64,000 nucleotides of DNA, from positions 22,443 through 86,442 of IMG/VR virus record IMGVR_UViG_2898748948_000004, one strand, 5' to 3'. The position numbers were made by a program, and so were the translations under genes. This DNA is from a virus (Duplodnaviria > Caudoviricetes). How positions within the stretch are numbered: position 1 is the first letter of the stretch; the number at the start of each line of letters is the position of its first letter. The notes under the pieces are model-generated. The model had not been told where the DNA came from. It saw nothing but the letters and a program-made list of their open reading frames with translations, and did not search any database. Positions 7,922 to 17,885 of this stretch are shown in pieces.

Positions 7922-8287
7922 GTGAGCCAGAACACACCGCACCCCGCGGCCAAGCCCGACATGCGCCGTCAATTGCTGGCAACAGCCCGCAGGCTTGGCG
8001 AGCAGGCAGCCCAAGCCGCACTGGATCGCACGGAGCAAGACGACCCCACGTTCAGCACGCGGGCTTATGAATTCATCGTTTCCTATGTGCGCGACCATGG
8101 CCCGGTGCCCGGTGAAGCGGTCACGTTGGCCGCGCGCTGCGCCGGTATCAAGCCGGCAAAGGATGACCGGGCTTTTGGCGCCGTGTATGCCAAGGCTCTG
8201 CGAGACGGAGCCATTCGGGTGGTGGACAGCACCAATCGCGTGCGGGGCCATGGCAGTGCGGGAGGTAAGGTTTATGGCCCAGTCTGA
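7922..8287 (+). CDS. Hypothetical phage protein
   Basis: GTG start; overlaps the start of the replication gene. Confidence 0.65.
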   Translation: MSQNTPHPAAKPDMRRQLLATARRLGEQAAQAALDRTEQDDPTFSTRAYEFIVSYVRDHGPVPGEAVTLAARCAGIKPAKDDRAFGAVYAKALRDGAIRVVDSTNRVRGHGSAGGKVYGPV

Positions 8288-9290
8288 GCCACCGCAGCCG
8301 CTGACACCTGCAAATTGCGATCTGCAGGACTTTCCATTCATGCCTTTGGATGTGGCGCGCTTGCGTGACTCCGAATTGGCTTCCAACGAAACGCCTGATG
8401 CTTGCTGGGCTGCGGTTCTACTTTGGTCTGCGTCATGGCATCAGGTGCCTGCAGCCTCAATTCCAGACGATGAACTTTGGCTTGCAAAGCAGGCGGGCTA
8501 CCAGCTGCGCGGAAAAATCGACAAGGCTTGGTTAAAAGTTCGTACCGGTGCATTGCGCGGCTGGGTGAAGTGCAGCGATGGTCGTCTGTATCACCCAGTC
8601 GTCGCAGAAAAGGCTCGCGACGCATGGCAGGCCAAGCAGCGGCAACGCTGGGGGACGGAATGCGCTCGCATCAAAAAGCACAACGAAAGGCATGGGACAA
8701 GCATTGCCCGGCCTACGTTTGATGAGTGGATTGCAGAAGGGTGTCCCCAGGGACAGCCGCTGTTTGTCCCTAGGGACACAACTGCGACAAATCAACGACA
8801 GTGCGGCATTGTCCCTAGTGAATTGGACTCCAAGAGACAGGGAGAGGGACAGGGACAGAGACAGGGAGATTCTTATTCCGTACCTGACGGTACGGACGGC
8901 GGCTCAGCGCCACCGGCGCCGGCAGCTCCGCCAGGCCCAGCTCAAAGCCCGAAGGAAAAGAGCCCCGAGGAAATGGCCAAGGTTGAGCTATGGCGCGCTG
9001 CAGTCTCTGTGCTGGAGCAGGGGGGGTGCCCTGAATCGCAGGCTCGGACGTTCATGGGGAAGCTGGTCAAAGACTACGGGCAGGACATTGTTCGCGATGC
9101 CGTGACCGCTGCTGTGGCTACCCAACCGGCAGATGCGCGGGAGTACTTGAAAGCCACCTGCTTACATGCAGCCGGTAAGCGAAAGCGTCCAAATCAGCAA
9201 GAGCAGCTGGAGGAGAGCAACCGACTGGCGGGCGAGCAATGGGAAGCGGAAATGCGCGCAAAGATGGCTGGAGGCGGCAATGCGTCTTGA
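8274..9290 (+). CDS. Phage replication initiator, DUF1376/YdaU-like
   Basis: DLQDFPFMPLDVARLRDS, LWSASWHQVPAASIPDD, DGRLYHPVVAEKA are typical of DUF1376. Confidence 0.82.
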   Translation: MAQSEPPQPLTPANCDLQDFPFMPLDVARLRDSELASNETPDACWAAVLLWSASWHQVPAASIPDDELWLAKQAGYQLRGKIDKAWLKVRTGALRGWVKCSDGRLYHPVVAEKARDAWQAKQRQRWGTECARIKKHNERHGTSIARPTFDEWIAEGCPQGQPLFVPRDTTATNQRQCGIVPSELDSKRQGEGQGQRQGDSYSVPDGTDGGSAPPAPAAPPGPAQSPKEKSPEEMAKVELWRAAVSVLEQGGCPESQARTFMGKLVKDYGQDIVRDAVTAAVATQPADAREYLKATCLHAAGKRKRPNQQEQLEESNRLAGEQWEAEMRAKMAGGGNAS

Positions 9291-9960
9291 AGACCTGACC
9301 AATTTCCGTTCGCTGGTGACTGATGCTTTGGCGTACTACGGCAAGGACTGCACGCCATTCGTGCTTAACGTCTGGTGGGCTGGTTGCAGCCGCTTCGACT
9401 ACGAGCAGGTCGAGAAGGCGCTGCAAAAGCACGCCATGGATGCGCAGCGCGGGCAGTTCGCACCGAGGGTGGCCGACATAGTGCGCCTGCTGGAGGGCAC
9501 CCACACTGACCGAGCAGCCATGGCCTGGTCGAAGGTGCATACCGCCATGAGCGATGTTGGCGCCTACACGGATGTGGTTTTTGACGATCCGGCGATTCAT
9601 GCGGTCGTGGAAGACATGGGTGGATGGCCAAAAGTTTGCCGTTGGCCGCTGGGCGAGTTGAGCTATCTGCAGCACCGTTTCAGTGAGGCCTACCGTAGCT
9701 ACGCGGCTCAGGAGCAATACCAGTTTCCGGCTCGCCTAGGTGGGGAGCGCTGCGCTGACATTGAGTTTGAGCGCAAGGGTTTGCCGCCGCCTATGCCGGT
9801 GCTGGTGGGTGATCCCCGCCGCGCGCAGGAGGTCTACAGGCTGGGCGGAGCAAGCAGCGCTGCTGGTGTTGGCTACACCGTGATGCAAGCGCTCTCGCTC
9901 GATGCTGGTCTGGTCAAAGCACTTCCCAAGCTGGTCTCGCCGGAGGCTGCTGATGACTGA
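9280..9960 (+). CDS. Replication accessory or helicase-loader-like protein (DUF6475-like)
   Basis: PRVADIV, AWSKV..A...VGAY..VVFDDPAIHAVVEDMGGW; follows the initiator. Confidence 0.75.
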   Translation: MRLEDLTNFRSLVTDALAYYGKDCTPFVLNVWWAGCSRFDYEQVEKALQKHAMDAQRGQFAPRVADIVRLLEGTHTDRAAMAWSKVHTAMSDVGAYTDVVFDDPAIHAVVEDMGGWPKVCRWPLGELSYLQHRFSEAYRSYAAQEQYQFPARLGGERCADIEFERKGLPPPMPVLVGDPRRAQEVYRLGGASSAAGVGYTVMQALSLDAGLVKALPKLVSPEAADD

Positions 9961-10669
9961 TTCCGCAGAAATCGTTGCTCAAGCAGCACTCCATCGCTCG
10001 AGACAGTTAACCGAAATTACTTCGTTGGCTGCGCTGACTGCGGGCATGAGCGGGCGGGACAGAAGGCTATTTGCGCGGGCGTTGAAGAAATTGGCGGCCC
10101 GTGGAGAGCTGCGTCGCTTCCGCTTTGATGGCCGTTTGCACTTCGCCCCTCTGAGCCGTGCGGGTGATGCCGCATTTGTTGCCAAGTTCGCTCTGGAGTC
10201 AACTGCTTGCGGGTGCGGCGAGGGGAGCTGCATGCCCTGGTCTGGCAAGTTTTTCAAGCCGCGCCAGGGCCCGGTGGTGAACCTCGACGGCAAGGAGTAT
10301 GTGCTGCGCCGTGTGATCTATGAGGTGCGAACCAGAAAAAAGCTGGCGCAGTCGGAGTCCGTTCGTCCTTCCTGCGGCGAAGCCAACTGCATCCACCCCC
10401 AGCACCTGACCAAAGAGCCGCGCAACACGCCGCTGATCGGCAGGGCCCGGCTGCCGTCCACACGCGAAAAGCTGGCCAGGGCTCAACAAGCCAAAGCCCC
10501 GTACTCCATGGAAGAGGTTCAAGCGCTGCGCGGTCGCTGCATCCGCGGCGAACTGACACGAGTGGCCGCGGCCAAGTGCCTGGGGGTTTCCGTGGAAACC
10601 ATGGAGCGGATGGTGAATGGGCTGGCGTGGCGTGACTTTTCCAACCCCTATCAGAGCCTGACGGCATAG
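9953..10669 (+). CDS. His-Me finger/HNH-like DNA-binding protein
   Basis: CMPWSG...RRVIYE...VRPSCGEANCIHPQHL resembles the Zn-loop HNH fold. Confidence 0.55.
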   Translation: MTDSAEIVAQAALHRSRQLTEITSLAALTAGMSGRDRRLFARALKKLAARGELRRFRFDGRLHFAPLSRAGDAAFVAKFALESTACGCGEGSCMPWSGKFFKPRQGPVVNLDGKEYVLRRVIYEVRTRKKLAQSESVRPSCGEANCIHPQHLTKEPRNTPLIGRARLPSTREKLARAQQAKAPYSMEEVQALRGRCIRGELTRVAAAKCLGVSVETMERMVNGLAWRDFSNPYQSLTA

Positions 10670-10678
10670 GAGAGACAA

Positions 10679-11113
10679 ATGAGCATAGTGGGCATTGACC
10701 CGGGCCAGTCCACTGGCCTTGCAGTTTATGAAAAGGGCAAGCTGCACTGGTTGCATACCGTGAGTGCGGATCGGTTGGAGCAGTGGCTCGCCCAGCACCC
10801 CGCCCAGTTGGTCATCTTTGAAGACTCGCGCAAGACCAGCAAGACCTTTACCGCAGCCAAAGGCGTCAGCGCAGCGGCGGCTTTGAAGATCGCCCGCAAT
10901 GTGGGAGAGATCGACCGACTGTGCAAGGACATCGAGGCCATGTGCAAGCGCATGGGGATTGAGGCCTACGGCGTTGCCCCCCTTGCCAAGGGCTCAAAGG
11001 TCAATGCGGGGGACTTTGCCCAGATTACCGGCTGGAAGACGCGCAGCAGCCAGCACGCCCGTGACGCAGCCATGGTGGCTTGGCCCTACCGCAACAAGGC
11101 GAGCAAGGCATGA
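10679..11113 (+). CDS. RuvC-like Holliday junction resolvase
   Basis: IVGIDPGQSTGLA, IFEDS, HARDAAMVA catalytic acidic residues. Confidence 0.8.
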   Translation: MSIVGIDPGQSTGLAVYEKGKLHWLHTVSADRLEQWLAQHPAQLVIFEDSRKTSKTFTAAKGVSAAAALKIARNVGEIDRLCKDIEAMCKRMGIEAYGVAPLAKGSKVNAGDFAQITGWKTRSSQHARDAAMVAWPYRNKASKA

Positions 11114-11625
11114 GTGCCCAGCGACTAGCTGCCGTAGAGCGCGGCCTGAACGGGATGGAGCGCAAGGTTCTTGAGGCTGTCCCCATGCAGGAGCCATGGA
11201 ACGCCAAGGCGATCCAGGGGGAGCTGCACCGTCTCGGTAAGCCCATGGAGATCAAGCAGCTGGCGGGTTGCCTGCGCAGCCTGCGCGATGCTGGGCTGAT
11301 CAAGCTCAATGCCACCGGCGAATACATCCGGGTTGCCGTGGAACGCCCCCGTGCAGCCAAAGCGCCATTCCCAAGCACACCACCCATACAGGCGAAAGCC
11401 GAAAGAGAAACCATGACTTTGACAGCAGCACCAGCGCCAGCAGCTTGCGCCGAATCACCTGCCAAGGTGGACTTTATGGCCGTGCTTGCCAAGAAGGCCG
11501 CCCGCCTGCGCCAGGAGGCAGACGCGCTGGACGAGCTGGCGCTGGCAATAGGTGAGCGTGAGCAGCAGCACGAGGCAGATCTTGCCAAGTTCAAACAGCT
11601 GCGCGAGCTGTTGAAGGGCATCTGA
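11110..11625 (+). CDS. Hypothetical protein (winged-HTH plus coiled coil)
   Basis: ATGA-coupled ORF in the nin-like region. Confidence 0.65.
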   Translation: MSAQRLAAVERGLNGMERKVLEAVPMQEPWNAKAIQGELHRLGKPMEIKQLAGCLRSLRDAGLIKLNATGEYIRVAVERPRAAKAPFPSTPPIQAKAERETMTLTAAPAPAACAESPAKVDFMAVLAKKAARLRQEADALDELALAIGEREQQHEADLAKFKQLRELLKGI

Positions 11626-11630
11626 GCACC

Positions 11631-12149
11631 ATGGCCGGTATCCAGATCGTTCGCAACCCCAGCGTTCAAGCCAGCCCGGCTGATCGTGATGTTGCCATGC
11701 GCGTGCTGCTGGGTCACATCGATGGCCTGGGTGAAGACAACCGGAAAAGCTGGCGGAGATTTCTTCGGCGTCTGCTGGCGCTGGAGCCCGGCGGCATCGT
11801 GGAGATCAACACCAAGCAGGCCCGGCTGGGCTGGTACCACCGCAAGCACATGGCCTTGGAACTCGCATTCTTCAACACCCAGGACAAGTTCCCTCAGTTC
11901 GACCGCTTCCGCGACTGGCTCAAGCTGGGCGCGGGGCATGTGGACTGGGTTCCCACCATCAATGGGATGGTGCCGCTGCCCAAGTCCACCAGCTACTCGA
12001 GCATGGAGCAAGGGGAAATGGAGCGCTTTCACGGGCATTTCGTGGACTTCATGCGTACCGACTACGCCGGCACCACCCTCTGGCCGCACCTGAGCCAGAC
12101 CCAACGCATCGACATGGTTGAAGGGATCTTGGGAGGGTTTGACGAGTGA
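11631..12149 (+). CDS. DUF1367/NinB-like protein
   Basis: HRKHMAL..FDRFRDWLKLGAGHVD..LPKSTSYSSMEQGEMERF. Confidence 0.7.
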   Translation: MAGIQIVRNPSVQASPADRDVAMRVLLGHIDGLGEDNRKSWRRFLRRLLALEPGGIVEINTKQARLGWYHRKHMALELAFFNTQDKFPQFDRFRDWLKLGAGHVDWVPTINGMVPLPKSTSYSSMEQGEMERFHGHFVDFMRTDYAGTTLWPHLSQTQRIDMVEGILGGFDE

Positions 12150-12388
12150 CGGACTTCATCAAAGCCTGGGTGCTGCTGTTGTTCTGGTCGCCTGAGCTGC
12201 TTCGCACGCTGGCGCTGGACTTGACGGGCCGCTTCTACATCTTTCGAGACTCGGCCGACGAGTTCATGAACTTTCTAGCCTGGCTGCAGGTGAATGGGCC
12301 TGACTGGTGCCGCGACCAGCCTCGCTATTTCGCCAGGGCCAGTGACGAACGCGAACGCCGCGCCATTGTGAAAAGGAGCCGTGCATGA
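12146..12388 (+). CDS. Hypothetical protein
   Basis: GTGA/ATGA-coupled 80-aa ORF. Confidence 0.55.
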   Translation: MTDFIKAWVLLLFWSPELLRTLALDLTGRFYIFRDSADEFMNFLAWLQVNGPDWCRDQPRYFARASDERERRAIVKRSRA

Positions 12389-13587
12389 TGAGCACGCGAT
12401 TTGAGCTGTACGAGGGCGATTGCCTTCAAACCCTGCGTGGCCTAGCCGAAAACTGTGTGGACAGCATCGTGACCGATCCGCCGTATGGACTGGCCTTCAT
12501 GGGTAAAAAATGGGACTACGACGTTCCCAGCACAGAGATTTGGGTCGAATGTCTGCGCGTGCTCAAGCCAGGCGGTCATCTTTTGGCATTCGCTGGCACT
12601 CGCACCCAGCACCGTATGGCGGTGCGCATCGAGGATGCCGGATTCGAGATACGCGACATGATCGCGTGGCTGTATGGCAGCGGCTTCCCGAAGTCGCGCA
12701 ACATCGCCAACGACATGCAGGAGCCAGGCAATGCAGCCGCGTGGGCTGGTTGGGGCACAGCCCTGAAGCCGGCTCTGGAGCCGATCACCCTGGCGCGCAA
12801 GCCGCTCTCCGGCACCGTGGCTGGCAACGTGATCGCGCACGGTACCGGGGCGCTCAACATTGGCGATTGCCGCGTGCCAGCTGAGCCGATGCCGCCGAAC
12901 ACGGGCAGCGGAGGCCTGCCGCGCCGGAGCGAGGACGAGCAGCGCGGCCCCGGCGTCGTCTCGCAGCCGCATGAAGCTGGCCGCTGGCCCGCTAACTTGA
13001 TCCATGACGGCAGCGCCGAGGTGGTTTCTCTGTTCCCTGCCCAGGCTGGGGCAGCAGCACCCGTCCTCCGACGCAACGGCGACAAGTTCCAAAACAGCTA
13101 TGGCGCCTTCGCTGGCAACGACAACGAGGGCGGCAGCTCTTTTCACGGCGACAGTGGAAGTGCAGCCCGCTTCTTCTACGTGCCAAAGGCCTCGCGCTCT
13201 GATCGAAATGAGGGCTGTGAAGGCCTGGAGCGCAAGCCTCTACTCTGGTCCAGCGGAACACAGAACCCTGGCAGCTTCCAGGCCGAAGGCACTGACAAAC
13301 GCAGCCAGAACAACCACCCGACCGTGAAACCAACAGCCCTCATGGGCTATCTGTGCCGCCTTGTGACGCCAGCAGGCGGTGTGGTGCTCGACCCATTCAT
13401 GGGTAGCGGCAGCACTGGTAAGGCGGCAATGCGTGAAGGCTTCTCCTTCATTGGCTGCGAGTTGAACGCCGAGTACTTGGCGATTGCCAAGGCTCGTATT
13501 GAGCATGAGTTGGCCCGCGCCATGTCAGCGCCTGAAACAACAACCAGCATTAACCAGCGCGATCTGTTTGCAGAGGTATCCCTGTGA
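12385..13587 (+). CDS. Orphan N6-adenine/N4-cytosine DNA methyltransferase (beta class)
   Basis: DSIVTDPPY catalytic motif, HPTVKP, VLDPFMGSGST SAM-binding motif. Confidence 0.93.
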   Translation: MMSTRFELYEGDCLQTLRGLAENCVDSIVTDPPYGLAFMGKKWDYDVPSTEIWVECLRVLKPGGHLLAFAGTRTQHRMAVRIEDAGFEIRDMIAWLYGSGFPKSRNIANDMQEPGNAAAWAGWGTALKPALEPITLARKPLSGTVAGNVIAHGTGALNIGDCRVPAEPMPPNTGSGGLPRRSEDEQRGPGVVSQPHEAGRWPANLIHDGSAEVVSLFPAQAGAAAPVLRRNGDKFQNSYGAFAGNDNEGGSSFHGDSGSAARFFYVPKASRSDRNEGCEGLERKPLLWSSGTQNPGSFQAEGTDKRSQNNHPTVKPTALMGYLCRLVTPAGGVVLDPFMGSGSTGKAAMREGFSFIGCELNAEYLAIAKARIEHELARAMSAPETTTSINQRDLFAEVSL

Positions 13588-14274
13588 CTCTTACCCATTT
13601 CCCCCTCAACACCCAAGGCCGAGACTTCGCAGTAGGTGACATACATGGCTGCTTCAACCGCCTGCAGAGCCTGCTGGATGAAATGGGCTTCGATCCAGCG
13701 AAAGACCGCCTGTTCTCCGTGGGTGACATGGTTGACCGAGGCCCCGATAGCGATCAGGTGCTTGACTGGATCTCGCGGCCATGGTTCTTCCCGGTGCGCG
13801 GCAACCATGAGGACTTCGCCATTCGCTGGCCCAACGGCCACATGCAAAAGGGGGATTACCTGGGCAACGGTGGCGCATGGAACCTGGGCAACCCGGTGGA
13901 AGTGCAGAAGGAGATTGCTGCAGGGCTGAAGTTCCTGCCACTGGCCATCGAGGTTGAAACCGAGGGTGGTTTGGTCGGCATCGTCCACGCTGACATCTAC
14001 GGCTACGACTGGCGCGGCTTCACTGACATGCTGCAAAGCCGCAGCAAGGCCGAGGCCGAGGAAGCAGAAGAGCATGCAATCTGGTCGCGCCGCCGCTTTG
14101 ACTATCACGACAAGAGCCTGGTGACCGGCGTGCGCGCCGTGGTCGTGGGTCACAACCCGGTGGATCAAGTGCTGGCGCTGGGCAACACCATCCACATCGA
14201 CACCATGGGCTGGCACCGGGGGGCACTTCACGCTGCTGGATCTGGCAACCCTGAAGCCGTGGGGTGGCGCATGA
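13584..14274 (+). CDS. Lambda NinI-like Ser/Thr metallophosphoesterase with a +1 frameshift in a G6 run
   Basis: GDIHG, GDMVDRG, GNHE, GHN, HIDT motifs; the natural end GHFTLLDLATLKPWGGA* lies in a shifted frame after G6 at 14218-14223. Confidence 0.82.
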
Positions 14275-14552
14275 ACAGGCAGGGCATGACTATCGATGAT
14301 TTGCTGAGGCGAGAGCGTGAGCAGCAAATAGGAAAAGCCGACCGAGACAGGATGTTGCGCGACTGGATGAAGCCGCACATCAAGCGCCTGTCGGGTACTT
14401 GGGTATGTGTGGGCCGGGGCGTGAAGGCCACAGGCTTCTCTCCGAGCGCTGCGTACAGTGTCTGGTTGGTGCAGCAGGAACGCCAGGTCAACTATGCCTT
14501 GCAGGCTCGGCCCATTCCCGCGCGCCAGTTTCTGGAGGGGTGGCAGTGCTGA
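14271..14552 (+). CDS. Hypothetical protein (fused in frame to the phosphatase as sequenced)
   Basis: ATG 14271 overlaps the shifted-frame TGA (ATGA). Confidence 0.6.
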   Translation: MNRQGMTIDDLLRREREQQIGKADRDRMLRDWMKPHIKRLSGTWVCVGRGVKATGFSPSAAYSVWLVQQERQVNYALQARPIPARQFLEGWQC

Positions 14553-15079
14553 CCGTCCGTAAATCGATGAAGCGTACCGGATTCAAGCCGCGCGGGCTGG
14601 CGCTGGTCACGCCTGAAGACATCGAGGCCAGGCATGAGGCCCGTCAGCAGCGCCTGGCCGCATTAATGCTGGTGGAAGTGCGCGAGACAGCGCCTCTCAA
14701 TATCAGCACTGAGGTGGTAGCCGTGCCCAAAGAGGACGCGATTGAGTACGAGCCATACCGCCGCCTTGTGGCGAAGCTACCCTGCATGTTTTGCGGGATT
14801 GAGGGCTACAGTCAGCATGCCCACGAAAACGAGAACAAGGGCAAGGGACTGAAGTTGGACGACCGGCGCGCGATGGCGCTTTGCTGCACCCGTCCGGGGA
14901 TTGAGGGCTGCCATGTGGCCTTCGACCAATATCGGCTGCTGCCTGGGGGGCGGGATGCTCATGTGGAGCAAGGCAAGCTGTGGAGCGCACAGACGCGCCA
15001 GCAACTCCGTAGGGAAGGGCGCTGGCCTGCAAAGTTGCCCCATATGCCTGGTGAGGAAGAGCTTGCGTTTGATGGGTGA
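14546..15079 (+). CDS. DUF968/DUF1364-like Zn-binding putative nuclease (NinG-like)
   Basis: YRRLVAKLPCMFCG, QHAH, ALCC...GCH..FD. Confidence 0.65.
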   Translation: MLTVRKSMKRTGFKPRGLALVTPEDIEARHEARQQRLAALMLVEVRETAPLNISTEVVAVPKEDAIEYEPYRRLVAKLPCMFCGIEGYSQHAHENENKGKGLKLDDRRAMALCCTRPGIEGCHVAFDQYRLLPGGRDAHVEQGKLWSAQTRQQLRREGRWPAKLPHMPGEEELAFDG

Positions 15080-15218
15080 TGGCCTGGTTGATGCACCTGT
15101 AAGGCCTTGATTTTTATGGGTGCAGCACTCGTCGCAATAAAAAAAGGCCCGCACGAAGCGGGCCCCTCTGGAAGGTCGATTGACCGGAGACAAGTCAATC
15201 GTACCAACCGGAGAGAGC

Positions 15219-15785
15219 ATGAATTCATCTGAGAAAGCGGCAGCGACCAGCACGGATCGCGTGTATGAGGCCATCGTGGAGCTGCACAACGCGCAGCAGC
15301 CTGCTACACGCTATTCGGTGCAGGCGTTGACCGGCCTTCCACTTGGCCGGGTGGACGACAGGATCAAAGCCCTGGTTGAGCGCGAGCGCATCAAGCGGGT
15401 GCTCAAGGGGCAATATGTGCCCGTCGAGTCGCACCCGCCAGCACGGGCAATCAGCAAGACGCTGCTCCCGAATGGGTGCGTCAAAATCGAAATTGGCGAC
15501 GATGTGCTGACGCTGACGCCTGCCGAAGACCGCGCGCTGGCGCTGCTCCAGGCGGGGGCAGCTACTCAGGTCGCCCAGATTCAAACCGGGCAGGCCATGA
15601 CAGAAATGGCAGCGACCATGCTGATGAAAGTCGAGCAAATCGAGCGCAGACAGCTGGAGAGCCCCACGCTGGAGGTGGCGGCAAAGCTGGCGCAGGCGGC
15701 CACGACCATGGAGAGAGTTACGGCAGCCGCACGGGCCGCAGGTATGAAGGTGGATGAGCGCCAGGGAGAGCTGGCGCTGGACTGA
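15219..15785 (+). CDS. Winged-HTH DNA-binding hypothetical protein (possible late regulator)
   Basis: GGAGAG RBS; HTH-like VQALTGLPLGRVDDRIKALVE. Confidence 0.6.
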   Translation: MNSSEKAAATSTDRVYEAIVELHNAQQPATRYSVQALTGLPLGRVDDRIKALVERERIKRVLKGQYVPVESHPPARAISKTLLPNGCVKIEIGDDVLTLTPAEDRALALLQAGAATQVAQIQTGQAMTEMAATMLMKVEQIERRQLESPTLEVAAKLAQAATTMERVTAAARAAGMKVDERQGELALD

Positions 15786-15980
15786 TCAGCTCAGATCTAG
15801 TTCATCTGACGGCGGCTTGGTCGGCAGCTTCGCCTTTTCCACGACCGCCCGCAGCCATGGTAGGCCCCCTTCATCAATCTTGGCCCATGCCTTCCGGGAC
15901 AAGCGAATGGAGCGCTGCTCAAGCCTGTCTGCGTCTGGGACTGGAGGCCGACCCCGCGACCGCTTCGGTGTGTTTTCCAT
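15786..15980 (-). CDS. Small ribbon-helix-helix/AT-hook (RGRP) DNA-binding protein
   Basis: KRSRGRPP..EQRSIRLSRKAWAKIDE. Confidence 0.7.
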   Translation of the reverse strand: MENTPKRSRGRPPVPDADRLEQRSIRLSRKAWAKIDEGGLPWLRAVVEKAKLPTKPPSDELDLS

Positions 15981-16026
15981 GCGCACGATTTTAGCGTCTT
16001 TGATGTGATGCGGAAAATATATTAAA

Positions 16027-16070
16027 TGTGATTCAAAAAATGCTTGCTCGTAAGCATTTAATGAATCACA
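16027..16070. promoter_or_regulatory. 44-bp palindromic operator/promoter between divergent genes
   Basis: TGTGATTCA-AA-AAATGCTT-GCTCGT-AAGCATTT-AA-TGAATCACA. Confidence 0.75.
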
Positions 16071-16132
16071 ATAAATTACATCGAACAACGCACAAGGGAG
16101 AGCACCATGAACATGGCCGAGAGGGGGGTGAT

Positions 16133-16354
16133 GTGAGCAAGCGCATCAAGGAAATGCTGGCGCTGCTGGAGAAGTCCGGTGCTCAGCAAATCGAATTCAA
16201 CGGCAAAACCCAAGGCCAGCACCTGAGCTTTGATGTGCAGGCTCCGAATGGCAAGCGCCAAACCTTCTTTATGTCCGGCACGCCCAGTTGCTGCCGCGGC
16301 GACCTCAACAAGCTTTCCAAGGTGCGCCAGTTCTGCCGTATCAACCACGCCTGA
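16133..16354 (+). CDS. HicA-like dsRBD-fold small protein
   Basis: alpha-beta-beta-beta-alpha pattern KEMLALLEKSG...GQH...GTPS..RGDLN..SKVR. Confidence 0.5.
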   Translation: MSKRIKEMLALLEKSGAQQIEFNGKTQGQHLSFDVQAPNGKRQTFFMSGTPSCCRGDLNKLSKVRQFCRINHA

Positions 16355-16363
16355 AAGATTCAC

Positions 16364-16693
16364 ATGCCTTCTATTTCCGATGACGACCTGTGCAGTGACT
16401 GCGCCCATTGCACCTATGTGCCGGAGGCCGAACGCCATGCGTGTGCCAACGACTTCCCAGGCGCGACGGATGACGACGACTACGTGATTAGCTGCGTGGA
16501 GTTCATGCCGCGCGTCCGCACATACCGCCACTACGGCCTGGACTACGGCATCGCGGCTGAGTTCAAGGACACCGACGAGGGCAAGGCCCAGGCCAATGCC
16601 TTCATGGAAGCCAACCCGCACACCGGCCTGCTGGCCGTGGAGTCGGGCCGAATCATCATCGCCGCGCTGGCGGACAGAGGAACCAAGCCATGA
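16364..16693 (+). CDS. Hypothetical protein with Cys cluster
   Basis: CSDCAHC...HAC...C. Confidence 0.65.
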   Translation: MPSISDDDLCSDCAHCTYVPEAERHACANDFPGATDDDDYVISCVEFMPRVRTYRHYGLDYGIAAEFKDTDEGKAQANAFMEANPHTGLLAVESGRIIIAALADRGTKP

Positions 16694-16947
16694 GCATGAA
16701 CCGCACGCAATACCGCACCGCCCGCCGCCTGATCCGCGACAACGGCCGCGCGGCCCTCAAGTGGCTGGATACCAAAGGCCGCGAAGCGATGGAGCGCCTG
16801 ATGGACGAGCGAAACGCAAAGGACATGCTGGCCGAGCGCGCCGATGTGGTTGCGTACTGCCAGAGCGTCGGAACCCACCACACCGCCCTGCACACAGTTG
16901 ACCTGGGCTTGTTGAGCCGCTTTCACGAACGCAAGTACAGCGCCTGA
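16690..16947 (+). CDS. Hypothetical phage protein
   Basis: ATGA-coupled 85-aa ORF. Confidence 0.65.
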   Translation: MSMNRTQYRTARRLIRDNGRAALKWLDTKGREAMERLMDERNAKDMLAERADVVAYCQSVGTHHTALHTVDLGLLSRFHERKYSA

Positions 16948-16971
16948 CACAAACCTCCAAGGGAGAACAAC

Positions 16972-17616
16972 ATGAGCGAGATTCACACGAAGGGGCGGCT
17001 GACCGTCCATACACATGGACGCATCACAGCTGGCCCATTCCACAGCTACACGAACGGTTCAGCTCAAGAGCAGTTCGCAATGGTCACAGGCTTCACCCGC
17101 AGTGACAACCCAACCGCGGAGCGTGACGCAAACGCGCGCCGTCTGGCCGCGTGCTGGAATGCCTGCGATGGCATTCCCACCGAGAAGCTAGAAAAGGCCG
17201 CAGACGATATATCGCCGGTGTTCCAACTGCTGACGAACGCGACAGCGGAGGCAATTAGACTGCGCGCCGCCCTGGAGGCATTGATCCGTGATGCCGACTC
17301 GGAGCCGGACTCAGAATACCTGCAAGGAGCAGGAAAGAACCGCGTCGCTGTCCACCGCAAGGGCATCGAGCGAGCCCGTGCTGTGCTGGCCGCGACCACC
17401 GAAGCCGCGCCCCCGCAACTGGCCGTATCCAATTTTGACGCCCTCATAAACGCCGCCCGCGAGCAAATGGCAGAGCGCATAGAGAACATCAAGGACGACC
17501 GCAGAGGCTTCTACACCCCGGAAGACCTGGAGAGCGCAGAGGCAGAGCGCTTGCAGATCGAGGCCCAGGCGGAGGCCCTGGAAGCCTATTCAAAAGCCGT
17601 GACTGCGGAGGGCTGA
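16972..17616 (+). CDS. Hypothetical phage protein
   Basis: AAGGGAG RBS; DANARRLAACWNACDGI motif common in phage accessory proteins. Confidence 0.7.
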   Translation: MSEIHTKGRLTVHTHGRITAGPFHSYTNGSAQEQFAMVTGFTRSDNPTAERDANARRLAACWNACDGIPTEKLEKAADDISPVFQLLTNATAEAIRLRAALEALIRDADSEPDSEYLQGAGKNRVAVHRKGIERARAVLAATTEAAPPQLAVSNFDALINAAREQMAERIENIKDDRRGFYTPEDLESAEAERLQIEAQAEALEAYSKAVTAEG

Positions 17617-17619
17617 CCC

Positions 17620-17850
17620 ATGGGGACAACATACCGCGTCACTGTCATGTACCTGCTGAAAGCCGCGCCCGTTCGCAAAGCAACCTATGAGGGAGTGAGC
17701 GATATTGAAGCAGCGATGGATCTGGCCAGAAAAAAAGTGCATCTGGACGATGAAGCTGCCAACAGCAATCGTGTCATCCTCGAATGCACTGGCGCAGTCT
17801 GCTGGAGCTATGCCTACAACGATGTGGCCATCGAGCGCGAGGATGCTTGA
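17620..17850 (+). CDS. Hypothetical protein
   Basis: 76-aa ORF ending before the terminator. Confidence 0.6.
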   Translation: MGTTYRVTVMYLLKAAPVRKATYEGVSDIEAAMDLARKKVHLDDEAANSNRVILECTGAVCWSYAYNDVAIEREDA

Positions 17851-17885
17851 GAAGCTGCCTAGCTCAAGCAGAAGCAACCCATACG

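Noticed and set aside
12385-13587. Methyltransferase as part of a restriction-modification system
   Set aside because: No adjacent restriction endonuclease; it sits in the nin-like region as a typical orphan phage MTase
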